Part shown: one piece after another, positions 31,358-40,978 of the stretch
Layout of the letters: every line of letters begins with the position of its first letter
Numbering within the stretch: the first letter of the stretch is position 1
Source of the DNA: an uncultured Gammaproteobacteria bacterium
Lineage (GTDB): Bacteria > Pseudomonadota > Gammaproteobacteria > JACCXJ01
Direction: 5' to 3'
DNA: 64,000 bases
Assembly (NCBI GenBank): GCA_963764725.1
Contig: CAVXTM010000010.1
Location: 32,001-96,000, forward strand
The notes under the pieces: generated by a model
What the model was told of the DNA's origin: nothing
Databases searched by the model: none
Seen by the model: the letters and a program-made list of their open reading frames with translations, nothing else
Position numbers and translations under genes: made by a program

Positions 31358-31551
31358 GCGTCAGACTGCACCAGTTCCTTGAAAATATCATCAGTCATGC
31401 CCCGGCGCTTAGCCTCTTCACGGGCGCGCCGGGCAATGTCGGCTAGGCTCTCATCGACCAGAACGGTCACGGGCTTGTCGGGCGCGATGCCCAGTTGTGC
31501 CAGGATCTTACTGGCGTCGCCCGCAGCGATGTTTTCGATGGCTCGCGTCAT
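31354..31551 (-). CDS. Putative antitoxin of the PIN module
   Basis: 65 aa, 4-bp overlap with toxin, EAKRRGMTDD C-terminus. Confidence 0.7.
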   Translation of the reverse strand: MTRAIENIAAGDASKILAQLGIAPDKPVTVLVDESLADIARRAREEAKRRGMTDDIFKELVQSDA

Positions 31552-31746
31552 ACGCTATCCCCGGTCAGAGCCGGAAGTTTAGGATAGCACCTTAGCACAC
31601 GTCGGATCCTTTTAAAATGGCGTAGTCGGCGTAGCACGGAATAGGTTACGTCGTACGGCGCGCTGAGCGCAGACTATGCTCGCTGTGTCGCGGCTCGCCT
31701 CCCCTACGGTGGAACCGAGTGCCATACGGACGACTCAGTATGGACG

Positions 31747-32030
31747 CCGCGTTTCTCGCCAGCTGGCGCCGTACGGAACTGGTTGCCAGCGGGGTAGGGT
31801 TGTCGCGGCCGTGCAACGGTTCCTCCGCTTTCCGATGAGCGCGCCGGTCACATGGCGATCAGACCTTCCAAGATCCGTGCCCATCTTGCTGTCGTCGGCG
31901 CTGCCGGTTGGCATGAACGGCAGCCCGCGACTTTCTCGCGAGGCTGCGCGCCGTACGGAACTGGTTGCTACGGGCTAGGGTACTCGGCGCCGTGCAACGG
32001 TTCCTCCGCTTTCCGATGAGCGCGCCGGTC
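31747..32030 (+). ncRNA. Candidate tandem structured non-coding motif (2 copies, period ~181 bp) upstream of MFS gene
   Basis: Identical 21-mers (31766-31786 / 31948-31968) and identical 42-mers (31808-31849 / 31989-32030); internal stems; family not recognised. Confidence 0.45.
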
Positions 32031-32098
32031 CAGGTGCCTGGAAGGTCCGTGTTAAGCTTTGCGCTCGCACCGCTGTTTAACACAGAACAACAAGCCTC

Positions 32099-33463
32099 AT
32101 GTCGTCCACCCGCTCAGAACCGACGGCGAGCATCGCGGCCCGCTGCATAGAACGGCTGCCATTATGCGGCTTTCATCGGAGGTTTATCGCGCTCATTTCC
32201 TTGGGCGGCTGGTTCGATTTCTACGATATCTTCATGATGGCCTACCTCGGTGCGGCCTTGCAGCACTCCGGTTTCCTCACGCTCACGGAATTCAGCTACG
32301 TCATCGCTGCCGGTTTCTTAGGGATGTTCGTGGGCACGATCATTTTCGGCATGGGCAGCGATGCCTTCGGGCGCCGAACCTCCTTCACGCTTATGCTTTT
32401 GATCTACTCGATCTTTACCCTGCTCGGCGCGTTCGCTCCCGACGCGTCGACGCTGATCGCGCTGCGCGGGCTCGCAGGCATAGGCATAGGCGCGGAGCTT
32501 GTTGTGATCGACACCTATGTGACCGAGATCGTGCCGGGCCGAGCGCGAGGCCGCTACATCGCGATCACTCAACTAATAGGCTTTACCGCAATCCCGGTCG
32601 TGGCCTTACTTTCGAAGCTCTTGGTGCCGACCGAGTGGTGGCTGGAGGGCTGGCGTTGGGTGATGGTGATCGGTGGTCTAGGTGCGGTTTTCGTCTGGTA
32701 TCTGCGGCGCCGTTTACCGGAATCGCCGCGTTGGCTGGAGTCGACAGGCCAGCTCGATCAGGCGGAAGCAATCATGCACGCCATCGAGAATGAGGTCGAA
32801 GACGAGCTCCGAGAGCCCTTGCCCAAGCCGCAAGTCTTGCCAGTGCAAAAACGCTCGCGCCTGCCGCTGTGGGAGCTGTGGCAGCCTGCATATCGAGGCC
32901 GTACTACAATGCTGATGGTCTTCCATCTGCTTCAGACCATCGGGATCTATGGATTCGCAAATTGGGCTCCTACCTTTTTACTCGCACAGGGCAAAACACT
33001 CGGACAGTCCTTAGAGTACGGTTTTCTCATTGCTCTCGTCAGCCCCGTGGGACCTTGGTTGGGCGTCATCACGACTGAACGTGTGCAGCGCAAGCGCATG
33101 ATCGTCGTGCTTGCGCTCCTGATGGCCGGCTCCGGTCTGATGTTTCCGTTCGCGCGCGATGCCTTCGCTATCGTGGGCATCGGTGCCTTGCTGACGATAT
33201 TTAGCTACTGGTTCTCGGCGGTATTGCATGCGTATCAAGCAGAGTTGTTTCCCACCCGCGCCCGGGCGACCGGCGTGGGGTTTACATACAGCTGGAGTCG
33301 ATTGAGCGCGGTCTTCTCTACCTTGATCGTAGGCGCACTGCTGGGTCACGGGGTGCTTGCGGTCTTTATCTTCATGGCAGCCGCGATGATCGGTGTCGCC
33401 CTGGTCGTTGGCCTGTACGGCCCTAAAACCAACGCACTAGCCTTGGAAGAAATCTCTGTTTGA
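32099..33463 (+). CDS. MFS transporter (YdjE/NiaP-like metabolite permease)
   Basis: FDFYD, SDAFGRR, EIVPGRARG, PESPRWL, ELFPTRARATG, ~12 TM. Confidence 0.92.
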   Translation: MSSTRSEPTASIAARCIERLPLCGFHRRFIALISLGGWFDFYDIFMMAYLGAALQHSGFLTLTEFSYVIAAGFLGMFVGTIIFGMGSDAFGRRTSFTLMLLIYSIFTLLGAFAPDASTLIALRGLAGIGIGAELVVIDTYVTEIVPGRARGRYIAITQLIGFTAIPVVALLSKLLVPTEWWLEGWRWVMVIGGLGAVFVWYLRRRLPESPRWLESTGQLDQAEAIMHAIENEVEDELREPLPKPQVLPVQKRSRLPLWELWQPAYRGRTTMLMVFHLLQTIGIYGFANWAPTFLLAQGKTLGQSLEYGFLIALVSPVGPWLGVITTERVQRKRMIVVLALLMAGSGLMFPFARDAFAIVGIGALLTIFSYWFSAVLHAYQAELFPTRARATGVGFTYSWSRLSAVFSTLIVGALLGHGVLAVFIFMAAAMIGVALVVGLYGPKTNALALEEISV

Positions 33464-33499
33464 TGAGTACGGACTGTATGGACTGATAAAGCCGAACTT

Positions 33500-33581
33500 T
33501 TTTAAGAAAGGTCTCGGCGATGTCTTTCCCGATGCCGCTTTCGGCACCCGTTATCAGCGCCACTCGGCCTTTCATGTGCAT
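33500..33581 (-). pseudogene. Short-chain dehydrogenase N-terminal fragment
   Basis: MHMKGRVALITGAESGIGKDIAETF (TGxxxGIG). Confidence 0.65.
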
Positions 33582-34084
33582 TGTACCGCGACGGCAAGAG
33601 CATCTGGCGCCAGGGCCTCGACGCGGTCGGAGGAATAGATGTGGCGGTGATCGAGATCGAACGCTCGGCGCTCCCCGAGACGACGGTCTACCGCGCCTTC
33701 ACGCCCAAGCACCTGTGCGGTACGCTCGACCAGCTTGAGGTCGGCACCTCGCTACTGGTGGTCGGTTTTCCGCTGGGCTTCCACGACACGTTGCACCACA
33801 TGCCCGTGGTGCGCCACGCGGTGATCGCGTCTTCGTTCGGCCTGCGTTTTCAGGGCGAGGGCTACTTTCTCACCGATGCGCGGATGCACCGGGGTACCAG
33901 TGGCGCGCCCGTCGTGATGCGCGTTTCCGAGCGAGATCCGATGCACGGCGACCTCCCGTGGATACTGCTAGGTGTACACTCGGCGCGGCTCGATGTGGGT
34001 ACGCGTGACCTGAAAATGGACGAGGCACTGGGGCTGAACTGCGCTTGGTACGCCGACATCCTGCTAGCACCCACCGAACGGTGA
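33581..34084 (+). pseudogene. Trypsin-like peptidase, N-terminally truncated
   Basis: IDVAV, VVGFPLG, HRGTSGAPV, LLGVHS; catalytic His region and a proper start missing. Confidence 0.7.
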
Positions 34085-34143
34085 CTGTGTCCGCTCGGCA
34101 TTGATGTCACGCTCGGCCCCTTCGGTAAGGACAACGGTCCATT

Positions 34144-34368
34144 TCAAGGCAAGTTGCGCTCAATGCGCTTCCTCACCGCCTCCCACGGCTGCGCGTTGAC
34201 AGCATCCTGCTCGTAGGTCTCCATGCGACGATCGAGTTCTGCCGCTTGCGCCGGCGTAATCGGTAAGTCATCTTGCTCCAGGCTATCCCACAGCGCTTCG
34301 ATCAGCGCGAGACGCTGCTCGGCTGTAAGTTTGGCGATTTGCTCGGGAGAAAGGATGCTGGTGCTCAT
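34144..34368 (-). CDS. Addiction-module antitoxin-like protein (orphan)
   Basis: L..EQRLALIEALWDSL......Q.AELDRR...PWE; no ParE/RelE partner follows. Confidence 0.8.
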   Translation of the reverse strand: MSTSILSPEQIAKLTAEQRLALIEALWDSLEQDDLPITPAQAAELDRRMETYEQDAVNAQPWEAVRKRIERNLP

Positions 34369-34488
34369 CGAATAGACTCCTTTGCTAGACGGACATCGGC
34401 CGATCTGCATGCACGCCGGTCTCTTACCGCACTTTAGGGAAAGGAGCAGTCGCGGCCTGCGGCGGAAAATTCCGGCCGGCCAGTTCTA

Positions 34489-35583
34489 CTAACGATCTAC
34501 CCGTAGGCCGTCCACCCGCACCGTGGTGGCCGGATCGTTGCGGTCATCGCGCCAGTTTGGGTGATGGAAATGGATGACGTGATCGCCATTGTAGGAAGCC
34601 ACGCAGTTATCGAAAGCAATCTCGCCAATCTTCCGCCAGTCTTCGACGATGACCCGCTTTAGGGCGGATAATCCTTTGGTGTGGCCACGGTTGGAAACCA
34701 AGATGTCGAAGCGGAGCGTACGTTTCGGTTGCGGATCGCCGCGATCGAAAATGTGCGCATAGATTTCGTCGCGGAAATCGAGATCGTCGCCACCTTCGAT
34801 GCGAGGCTGGCCTGGCGTCATCTTCAGCTGCATGAACTCGGGTGCCGCGGTTGGCTCGTTATCGGGTTTACCGAGCTCGGCGATTTCATGCAGCTGGCGC
34901 ACGTCGTGGACTTTGTCTACCGAGCGGAAGACCATGAGCTGACGGAGCAAGGTGAGCACTTCCAGGCCGCGGCGAAATGAGGTGGTGTTGGGAGCGTTGC
35001 GCATACCCGCGTCGTTGAGGTATCGCGTCCGTTCGTTGCCGAAATCCTCCTGAGTAAAGAAATGCGCCGGGAAGAGGGGATGGGAGTGGTTTTCATCGGT
35101 GGTGGGAAAGATCTTACCCACAAGGCTGAGCGACTTCGACTCCCCCCGCCGGGTTTTTGTGTTCGGCGAGAAGCGGGCGAGGGTGAGACCCCGGCTCCCT
35201 TTCTTAAAGTATCCGGAGTAGGGGTTGTCCTCGACGATCTCCCACTGGCCAAACAGACAGATGCCGTTGGGGTGCAGGATGCGGCGGAAACCCTTTTGGT
35301 CTTCGCCCCAACGCAAATCCGCCCGCGAGTCAACGGTGCGTGCCGAAGCTGCGCGAAGCTGATCGGCACGTCCGCCGGGCAAAAGGCCCTGATAAGCCTG
35401 GCCTATGGTAGCATTGTAAACGGGGAAGGGCGCGTTTCCGTCGGCTCCCCAAACCTTCTGGTAGGGATTCTGGAACAGGGCGCCTTTGAGGTCCGCGTAG
35501 CGAGAACCTGTGTAGTTTCTATCTTCATCGGTCAGTCCCTGAGAACCGTGAAGTTTGGAAAGGGAAAAAGGGCAGGCGGACAT
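34489..35583 (-). CDS. Catalase-like heme protein
   Basis: RRILHPNGICL.G.W...YSGYF..GS...ARFS catalase-related pattern; probable start MSACPF. Confidence 0.6.
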   Translation of the reverse strand: MSACPFSLSKLHGSQGLTDEDRNYTGSRYADLKGALFQNPYQKVWGADGNAPFPVYNATIGQAYQGLLPGGRADQLRAASARTVDSRADLRWGEDQKGFRRILHPNGICLFGQWEIVEDNPYSGYFKKGSRGLTLARFSPNTKTRRGESKSLSLVGKIFPTTDENHSHPLFPAHFFTQEDFGNERTRYLNDAGMRNAPNTTSFRRGLEVLTLLRQLMVFRSVDKVHDVRQLHEIAELGKPDNEPTAAPEFMQLKMTPGQPRIEGGDDLDFRDEIYAHIFDRGDPQPKRTLRFDILVSNRGHTKGLSALKRVIVEDWRKIGEIAFDNCVASYNGDHVIHFHHPNWRDDRNDPATTVRVDGLRVDR

Positions 35584-35787
35584 GACTCTCTCCCCGATTT
35601 GCGATATAGACGAAAAGCATAAAGAATCCAGTACCATTTCTCAACCGCTCCGATCTCGGCCCTATTTGCGTTGCTGTACATGGCGCCATTCTCAGTGGGG
35701 AAACACAAGTCTGGCTCATCACAATATGGGGTGCTGCCGACCGGAGGAGTCATTCACACCAACATCGTGATTCACCTCAAAGCGGAC

Positions 35788-35843
35788 GCTGAACGTCCCG
35801 GTTCAGCGGCGGCACGTGAGCGCCGTCCGCTGCAACCGGTTGT
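35788..35843 (-). other. attC site interrupted by group II intron
   Basis: Minus strand ACAACCGGTTGCAGCGGACGGCG...CCGCCGCTGAACCGGGACGTTCAGC hairpin. Confidence 0.7.
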
Positions 35844-35940
35844 GTACGCCCGACATGAGCATGAACTGATGGGGTGAAAGTCCCCTGTAGGAGTACCTGT
35901 AATGTCCACGTGGTGGACGACTATAACTACTAGCCGACGG
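35844..35940 (+). mobile_element. Group IIC(-attC) intron 5' end remnant
   Basis: GTACGCCCGACATGAGCATGAACTGATGGGGTGAAAGTCCCC begins right after TTGT of the attC bottom strand; no RT ORF. Confidence 0.7.
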
Positions 35941-36136
35941 TGGCGGGCGGCCTCCTCATAGGGGCACTCATTCTCGCCATGCCGACGGTGACGAGCAGCT
36001 CACTGCTGATCCTGATGGGACAGTGGTTGCTCTATGGCTACCTGGGGCTCTGGTTGAGTGCCGGCCTCTGGTGGATACTCTCTTTCGTAAAAACCGGCCC
36101 TGGATCCAAGGGCACAGACCCCCATAAGGGAACGCT

Positions 36137-37210
36137 ATGAGTATGAAAAAAGTGGATTTGGCCAAGATCGCGTTCGGCATGCTGTTTCTCGGCATGCTCA
36201 TCGTCTCGTGCTTCATGGTACTCAGCCCCTTCCTGCCCGCCCTGGTGTGGGCCACCATGATCACCATTGCCACCTGGCCCCTGATGCTGATGGCGCAGCG
36301 GTGCCTGTGGGGCAAACGTCTCCCGGCGGCCCTCCTCATGTGCCTCATTCTGCTGCTGATCTTCGTCATTCCCCTCTTCATGGCGCTGACCAATGTGGCG
36401 GAGAAGGCACCCATGCTGATCGAGCTCGGCACCACCATCAGCCATTCGCCGCCCCCCGAGCTACTCTGGTTGCAACAGGTCCCTGTGGTGGGTACCAAGT
36501 TGTTCGAGTTCTGGCAACAGATCCTGGCCAGCGGTGGCCAACTGCTGTTTACCAAGCTGGTCCCCTATCTGGGACAGACGGCTCGCTGGCTCGCGTCTCA
36601 GGCCGGCAACCTGGGGCTCTTGTTCGTCCACTTCCTGCTGACGGTATCTATTTGTGGCGTGCTCTACCACTCAGGCGAGATGGTCGCGACCGGTATCCGC
36701 CGCTTTGCCCACCGCCTGGCGGGAGAGCAGGGTGACAACGCCACAGTGCTGGCCTCCCAGGCCATCCGCGCCGTGGCCATGGGCGTCGTGGTGACGGCTC
36801 TGGTGCAATCCTCGGTAGCGGGTCTGGGTCTGCTGATTGCCGGCATCCCCTACACCATGGTGCTGATCGTGGTGATGTTCCTGCTGATCGTGGCCCAGAT
36901 CGGCCCCTTTCCTGTGCTGCTGAGCTGTATCGGTTACCTCTACTGGAGCGGTGACACCACCTGGGGCACCTTCCTGCTGGTGTGGTCGCTGATTGCGGGC
37001 ACCATGGACAACTTCCTGCGTCCCTTCCTCATCAAGCGGGGGGCGGATCTGCCACTCATCCTCATTCTGGTGGGGGTTATCGGCGGCCTGTTGACCATGG
37101 GGATCATAGGCCTGTTCATCGGCCCCGTGGTGCTGGCTGTGGGCTACACCCTGCTCGATGCCTGGATCAAGGAGGGCGAGGGTCAGCCCGAGCCGACCCG
37201 CTCCGACTAA
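36137..37210 (+). CDS. ydiK: AI-2E family transporter (YdiK-like)
   Basis: PFLPALVWATMITIATWP, DNFLRPFLI..GADLP, GLFIGPV. Confidence 0.88.
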   Translation: MSMKKVDLAKIAFGMLFLGMLIVSCFMVLSPFLPALVWATMITIATWPLMLMAQRCLWGKRLPAALLMCLILLLIFVIPLFMALTNVAEKAPMLIELGTTISHSPPPELLWLQQVPVVGTKLFEFWQQILASGGQLLFTKLVPYLGQTARWLASQAGNLGLLFVHFLLTVSICGVLYHSGEMVATGIRRFAHRLAGEQGDNATVLASQAIRAVAMGVVVTALVQSSVAGLGLLIAGIPYTMVLIVVMFLLIVAQIGPFPVLLSCIGYLYWSGDTTWGTFLLVWSLIAGTMDNFLRPFLIKRGADLPLILILVGVIGGLLTMGIIGLFIGPVVLAVGYTLLDAWIKEGEGQPEPTRSD

Positions 37211-37402
37211 GCGATCCGCTGACTGAAAACCATGAGAGAATTGGGAGCAACACGGGCGCTGATCAGCGGTGGCGCCATCGTCCCTGAATACCTGTCCTTC
37301 CTTGACGGCCATCGGTGTTGATAGCCGCGGCTGCGCCACTCCCGGTAAAACCCCGGCAACCACGCGTCGAAAGCGCGAACGTCCCTCCCGAGTCCGGAAG
37401 CA

Positions 37403-37480
37403 GCAGCCCCGCAGCTTGCTGTCGATGGAGAGATTGAAAAGGGCGAGATCTCGAACACGCTCGGCCAATTGCAGTCGGGA
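37403..37480 (-). pseudogene. Tyrosine recombinase fragment
   Basis: RLQLAERVRDLALFNLSIDSKLRGC. Confidence 0.65.
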
Positions 37481-37481
37481 T

Positions 37482-37720
37482 CCAATGGCGGTATTCGCTG
37501 GAATCACCACTGGGTCAACGTCTCCATTACCTGCGCCGGAGAATACGTCGGACTCGAAGAGATCGATGATGGGGTATGGAACGTCTACTTCGGGCCTCTC
37601 AAACTCGGAAGACTATTAGAAAAACACATGCGTATCGAGGATGCCTTCGGAAGACTAATACGACATAATGTGTAACCCATGTCCCCAGACTTTTTTGTTA
37701 CCTATCTCCCCGACCGCTCA
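37482..37720 (+). mobile_element. IS481-family transposase 3' fragment with right end
   Basis: GGIRW...GEYVGLEEIDDGVWNVYFGPL.LG; end TGTAACCCATGTCCCC...TGTTACCTATCTCCCCGACCGCTCA. Confidence 0.8.
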
Positions 37721-37745
37721 ATCCTCGCTGACGCTTCAACGCCTC

Positions 37746-40091
37746 TCACTCCAGACTCACCTTGACCGCGTGGATCCTGCCCGTGAATGGGAACGGTCGC
37801 TTCTCGAAGTAGTCGAGTGAGACGGTGGAACCGAGGTCCACACCGACATCGAACGTCTCGCTCGCGGAGAAAGCGGCAGGAACGGTGCGCTGGAGTTCTG
37901 CTCTGCCCACTTCCTTGCCGTCCACCAACAGCGTTGCGGTGCCGTCCTGCCCAGGAGCACTGATGCGAGTGATGACCTCGATCTTGTGTTTGCCGGGGAG
38001 GATCGGTGACGCACTCTTGGCGCTGTACTGCTCGATGATCATCATGTTGTAGAGGTAGACGACGTGTCCCTGGTCCATGTAGACCGTGACACCACCGCCA
38101 GCTCCACCGAGCGCGTAGATTACGCCGTTTGCGCCAGCCGGCACGTCGAGATCGATCTCGACCTTGTTGCTCTGGCGTCCGATGCCGGGGGCGGTGAACT
38201 CGGGCATGCGGCGGGTGTTGGCGTTGAAGGTCCAGCCCGTGTAGGGAGTGGAGACGCGGTCCTCGGGGTGGAGGCGCAGCCAGTTGCCGGCGCCGATCGG
38301 GAAGGCCTTGTTGTCCTCGGCGAGCTTCAGGAATTCCGCCTTCAGCTCGGCCAGCTTGCCGGGATTATCCGCGGCCAGGTTTTTCGCCTGCGAAAAGTCC
38401 TCTGCCACGTGATAGAGTTCCCACTCGTCGGTGGCGGAGTCCCACTTGGCGATGCGCGGCGCGGAGGCCGGTGTGTTCCAGGGGAGCAACGGCCCGAACG
38501 CGCAGGCGAGCCAGCCGTCCTTGTAGATCGCGCGGCTGCCGTTGTTGTCGAAGAACTGGACGTCTTTTTTCGTCTCGTTGCCGCCCCGGGTGAAGGTGTA
38601 GGCGAGGCTGGTGCCGTCGATCGGCATCTGCTCCTGGCCGTTGACGACCTTCGGCGGGTTAATGCCGAGGATCTCGTAGAGCGTCGGCGCGATGTCGATG
38701 ACGTGGTGGAACTGCGAGCGCATCGCCTTGTCCGGCTTGATGCCCTTGGGCCAAGAAACGACCATCGGATTGCGGGTGCCGCCGAAGTGGGAGGCCACCA
38801 GCTTGGTGGCCTTGAACGGCGTCGAACCCGCCCAGGCCCAGCCTGAGTGGTACATGTTGTCGGTCTTCGGGGAACCGAGCGCGTCGAGCCCGCCGAGTTT
38901 TTCGAGCGCGGCGAGCTGCTGTTCGACGGTGTTGGGGATGTTGTTCTGCGCGAGCAGCTCGCTGATCGATCCCTGCTGGCCCTCGGCGGACGATCCGTTG
39001 TCGCCCCAGATGTAGAAGATGAGCGTGTTGTCGCGCAGGCCGCGGTCTTCGAGTCCCTGCACCAGGCGCCCGACCTGCAGGTCGGTGTGCTCGACGAAGC
39101 CGGCGAAGAGCTCCATGCCGCGGCGCTGGAAGGCGCGTTGGTCTTCCGGGATGTCGGCCCAGGCGGTCATCGTCTCGTTGCGCGGGGTCAGCCCGGTGCC
39201 GGGCGGGATGATGCCCATTTCGAGTTGGCGCTTGTGCACGCGCTCGCGGTAGGCGTCCCAGCCGTCATCGAACTTGCCTTTGTATTTGTCCGCCCACTCG
39301 GGCCAGATGTGGTGCGGACCGTGCGCCGCGCCGGGTGCCCAATACATCAGGAACGGCTTGTCCGGGGCGAAGGACTGGCGCTGGTCGAGCCAGGCGAGCG
39401 CCTTGTCCACCATGTCTTCGGTGAGGTGATACTTCTCGTCGTGCGGCGGCTCGACCGTGTCGTAGTTCTCGACCAGCCGCGGCTCCCACTGCGAGGTCTC
39501 GCCGGCGAGGAAGCCGTAGAAATACTCGAATCCGTAGCCGTTCGGCCAGCGGTCCTTGGGGCCGATCGCGGTGGTCTCGGTGGCGGGCGTGTTGTGCCAC
39601 TTGCCGAAGGCGGAGGTGTGATAGCCGTAGTGCCTGAGCACTTCGGCCACCGTGGCGGCCTCCTTCGGGATGACGCCGGTGTAGCCGTCGAAGGCGACCG
39701 CGCGTTCGGCGATGGTGCCGGAGCCGACGCGGGTGTGGTTGCGCCCGGTCAGCAGCGCCGCGCGCGTCGGCGAGCAAATGGCCGTGGTGTGAAAGGCGTT
39801 GTAGCGCAGCCCCTCGTCGGCGAGCTTGGTCAGCGTCGGCGTGTGGACCTCGCCGCCGAAAGTCTCGGCCACGCCGAAGCCGACGTCGTCGATCAGCACG
39901 ATCAGGATGTTCGGCGCGTCGGCGGGGAGACGCTGCGGGTGCTCTGGCCATTTCATCTCCGAGTCCTGAAGCCGGGGCGCCGCTTTTCCGGCCATGGGGA
40001 CAGGAGGGAACGGAAGAACGTCCTGAGCTCGGGCGTTGTGCGCTGAGATCAGGGCAAGGAGTATCACGATTGCAAGCGGTACTCTCTTCAT
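37746..40091 (-). CDS. Secreted arylsulfatase
   Basis: Signal peptide; NILIVLIDD, CSPTRAALLTGR (FGly motif), GKWH, GDNG. Confidence 0.93.
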   Translation of the reverse strand: MKRVPLAIVILLALISAHNARAQDVLPFPPVPMAGKAAPRLQDSEMKWPEHPQRLPADAPNILIVLIDDVGFGVAETFGGEVHTPTLTKLADEGLRYNAFHTTAICSPTRAALLTGRNHTRVGSGTIAERAVAFDGYTGVIPKEAATVAEVLRHYGYHTSAFGKWHNTPATETTAIGPKDRWPNGYGFEYFYGFLAGETSQWEPRLVENYDTVEPPHDEKYHLTEDMVDKALAWLDQRQSFAPDKPFLMYWAPGAAHGPHHIWPEWADKYKGKFDDGWDAYRERVHKRQLEMGIIPPGTGLTPRNETMTAWADIPEDQRAFQRRGMELFAGFVEHTDLQVGRLVQGLEDRGLRDNTLIFYIWGDNGSSAEGQQGSISELLAQNNIPNTVEQQLAALEKLGGLDALGSPKTDNMYHSGWAWAGSTPFKATKLVASHFGGTRNPMVVSWPKGIKPDKAMRSQFHHVIDIAPTLYEILGINPPKVVNGQEQMPIDGTSLAYTFTRGGNETKKDVQFFDNNGSRAIYKDGWLACAFGPLLPWNTPASAPRIAKWDSATDEWELYHVAEDFSQAKNLAADNPGKLAELKAEFLKLAEDNKAFPIGAGNWLRLHPEDRVSTPYTGWTFNANTRRMPEFTAPGIGRQSNKVEIDLDVPAGANGVIYALGGAGGGVTVYMDQGHVVYLYNMMIIEQYSAKSASPILPGKHKIEVITRISAPGQDGTATLLVDGKEVGRAELQRTVPAAFSASETFDVGVDLGSTVSLDYFEKRPFPFTGRIHAVKVSLE

Positions 40092-40127
40092 GTGCGTTTA
40101 CCTTGCAAGGAGTAGATAAACTTGGCC

Positions 40128-40213
40128 AGCTAACGTTCGCCATAACCGGCGGGATTGGGCGACGCGCCGAAGGCGCGTTGACCAAGACCGTCCGCGTTAT
40201 GGCGTTGTTATGC
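40128..40213 (-). other. attC site
   Basis: Minus strand GCATAAC..CGCCATAAC...GTTATGGCG..GTTAGCT with central palindrome. Confidence 0.88.
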
Positions 40214-40220
40214 GTATTGT

Positions 40221-40751
40221 TCATTGCGCTGGATACGGCAGTGTTTGGAGCACTTTCAGCAGTCTAAACTCAACTCGTTCTCGGAGCGCTTGATCTTTCT
40301 GGCACTCGCGAAGAAAAGACTCCGCCCCGATAACAACATCATTGACGAACGACTTCGTTCCGATCAGAACTAGGCGCGGCTCAATGTCGGGGTTGTGCTC
40401 GTGCTTTCCACCATCATGGTATCCGAACTTGATTGTGTCAGGATCCTCATCATGTAACTCGGCATCTGAACCGTACGTGTGTAGAAAAGCGCACCGCGCG
40501 GCGTAGACGTCCTTGCCGCGATAGTGATACGGCTGATCGGCATGCGCTTTAAGGTACTTCTCTACCCATTCCTTGAAATCTGCGCGAGTAACCTTCTCTT
40601 TGTCAGCCGGTCGTGCGAGATTGGCAAGAGCATCGATGCAAATGAACGCCATTGCGATGGACGCGGTTGTAACCCCGCATTCGTCACAGCGCTTCAACTC
40701 GGCTACCAGCCCAGTAATGGCTTTCCAGTTGTTGTTGGAAGCTACGGCCAT
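40221..40751 (-). CDS. Hypothetical gene-cassette protein (HEPN-like RxxxxH motif)
   Basis: Bounded by attC sites; YAARCAFLH. Confidence 0.75.
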   Translation of the reverse strand: MAVASNNNWKAITGLVAELKRCDECGVTTASIAMAFICIDALANLARPADKEKVTRADFKEWVEKYLKAHADQPYHYRGKDVYAARCAFLHTYGSDAELHDEDPDTIKFGYHDGGKHEHNPDIEPRLVLIGTKSFVNDVVIGAESFLRECQKDQALRERVEFRLLKVLQTLPYPAQ

Positions 40752-40767
40752 GCTGTTTCTTCAATAC

Positions 40768-40845
40768 GCATAACGCCGAAGCTCAGCCGACCGCTTGCCG
40801 TAGCGAAGCGAAGGCAAGTGGGTCGGCTGGAGCGCCTGTTTGGGC
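40768..40845 (-). other. attC site
   Basis: Minus strand CCCAAAC.GGCGCTCCAGCCGAC...GTCGGCTGAGC.TCGGCGTTATGC. Confidence 0.85.
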
Positions 40846-40978
40846 AAAAGCCGAAGTCCTGCTCCTCAAAAAGCATTCCCCATAGAATAAAACACCCTCG
40901 GCTCGTCCCCACCGGGCTTCTTGAACATTGGATTGAAACGACCACTTCGGGTCGTCTCAATCCTTATAGGGTTAGGCA

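Noticed and set aside
31747-32030. CRISPR array or coding repeat
   Set aside because: Only two units with a ~181-bp period, no cas genes, and the reading frame is not conserved between copies.
38064-40224. Long antisense/alternate-frame ORFs over the sulfatase (similar ones over gdhB, lhr, lon)
   Set aside because: Shadow ORFs expected from high GC3 codon bias; the recognised gene occupies the locus.
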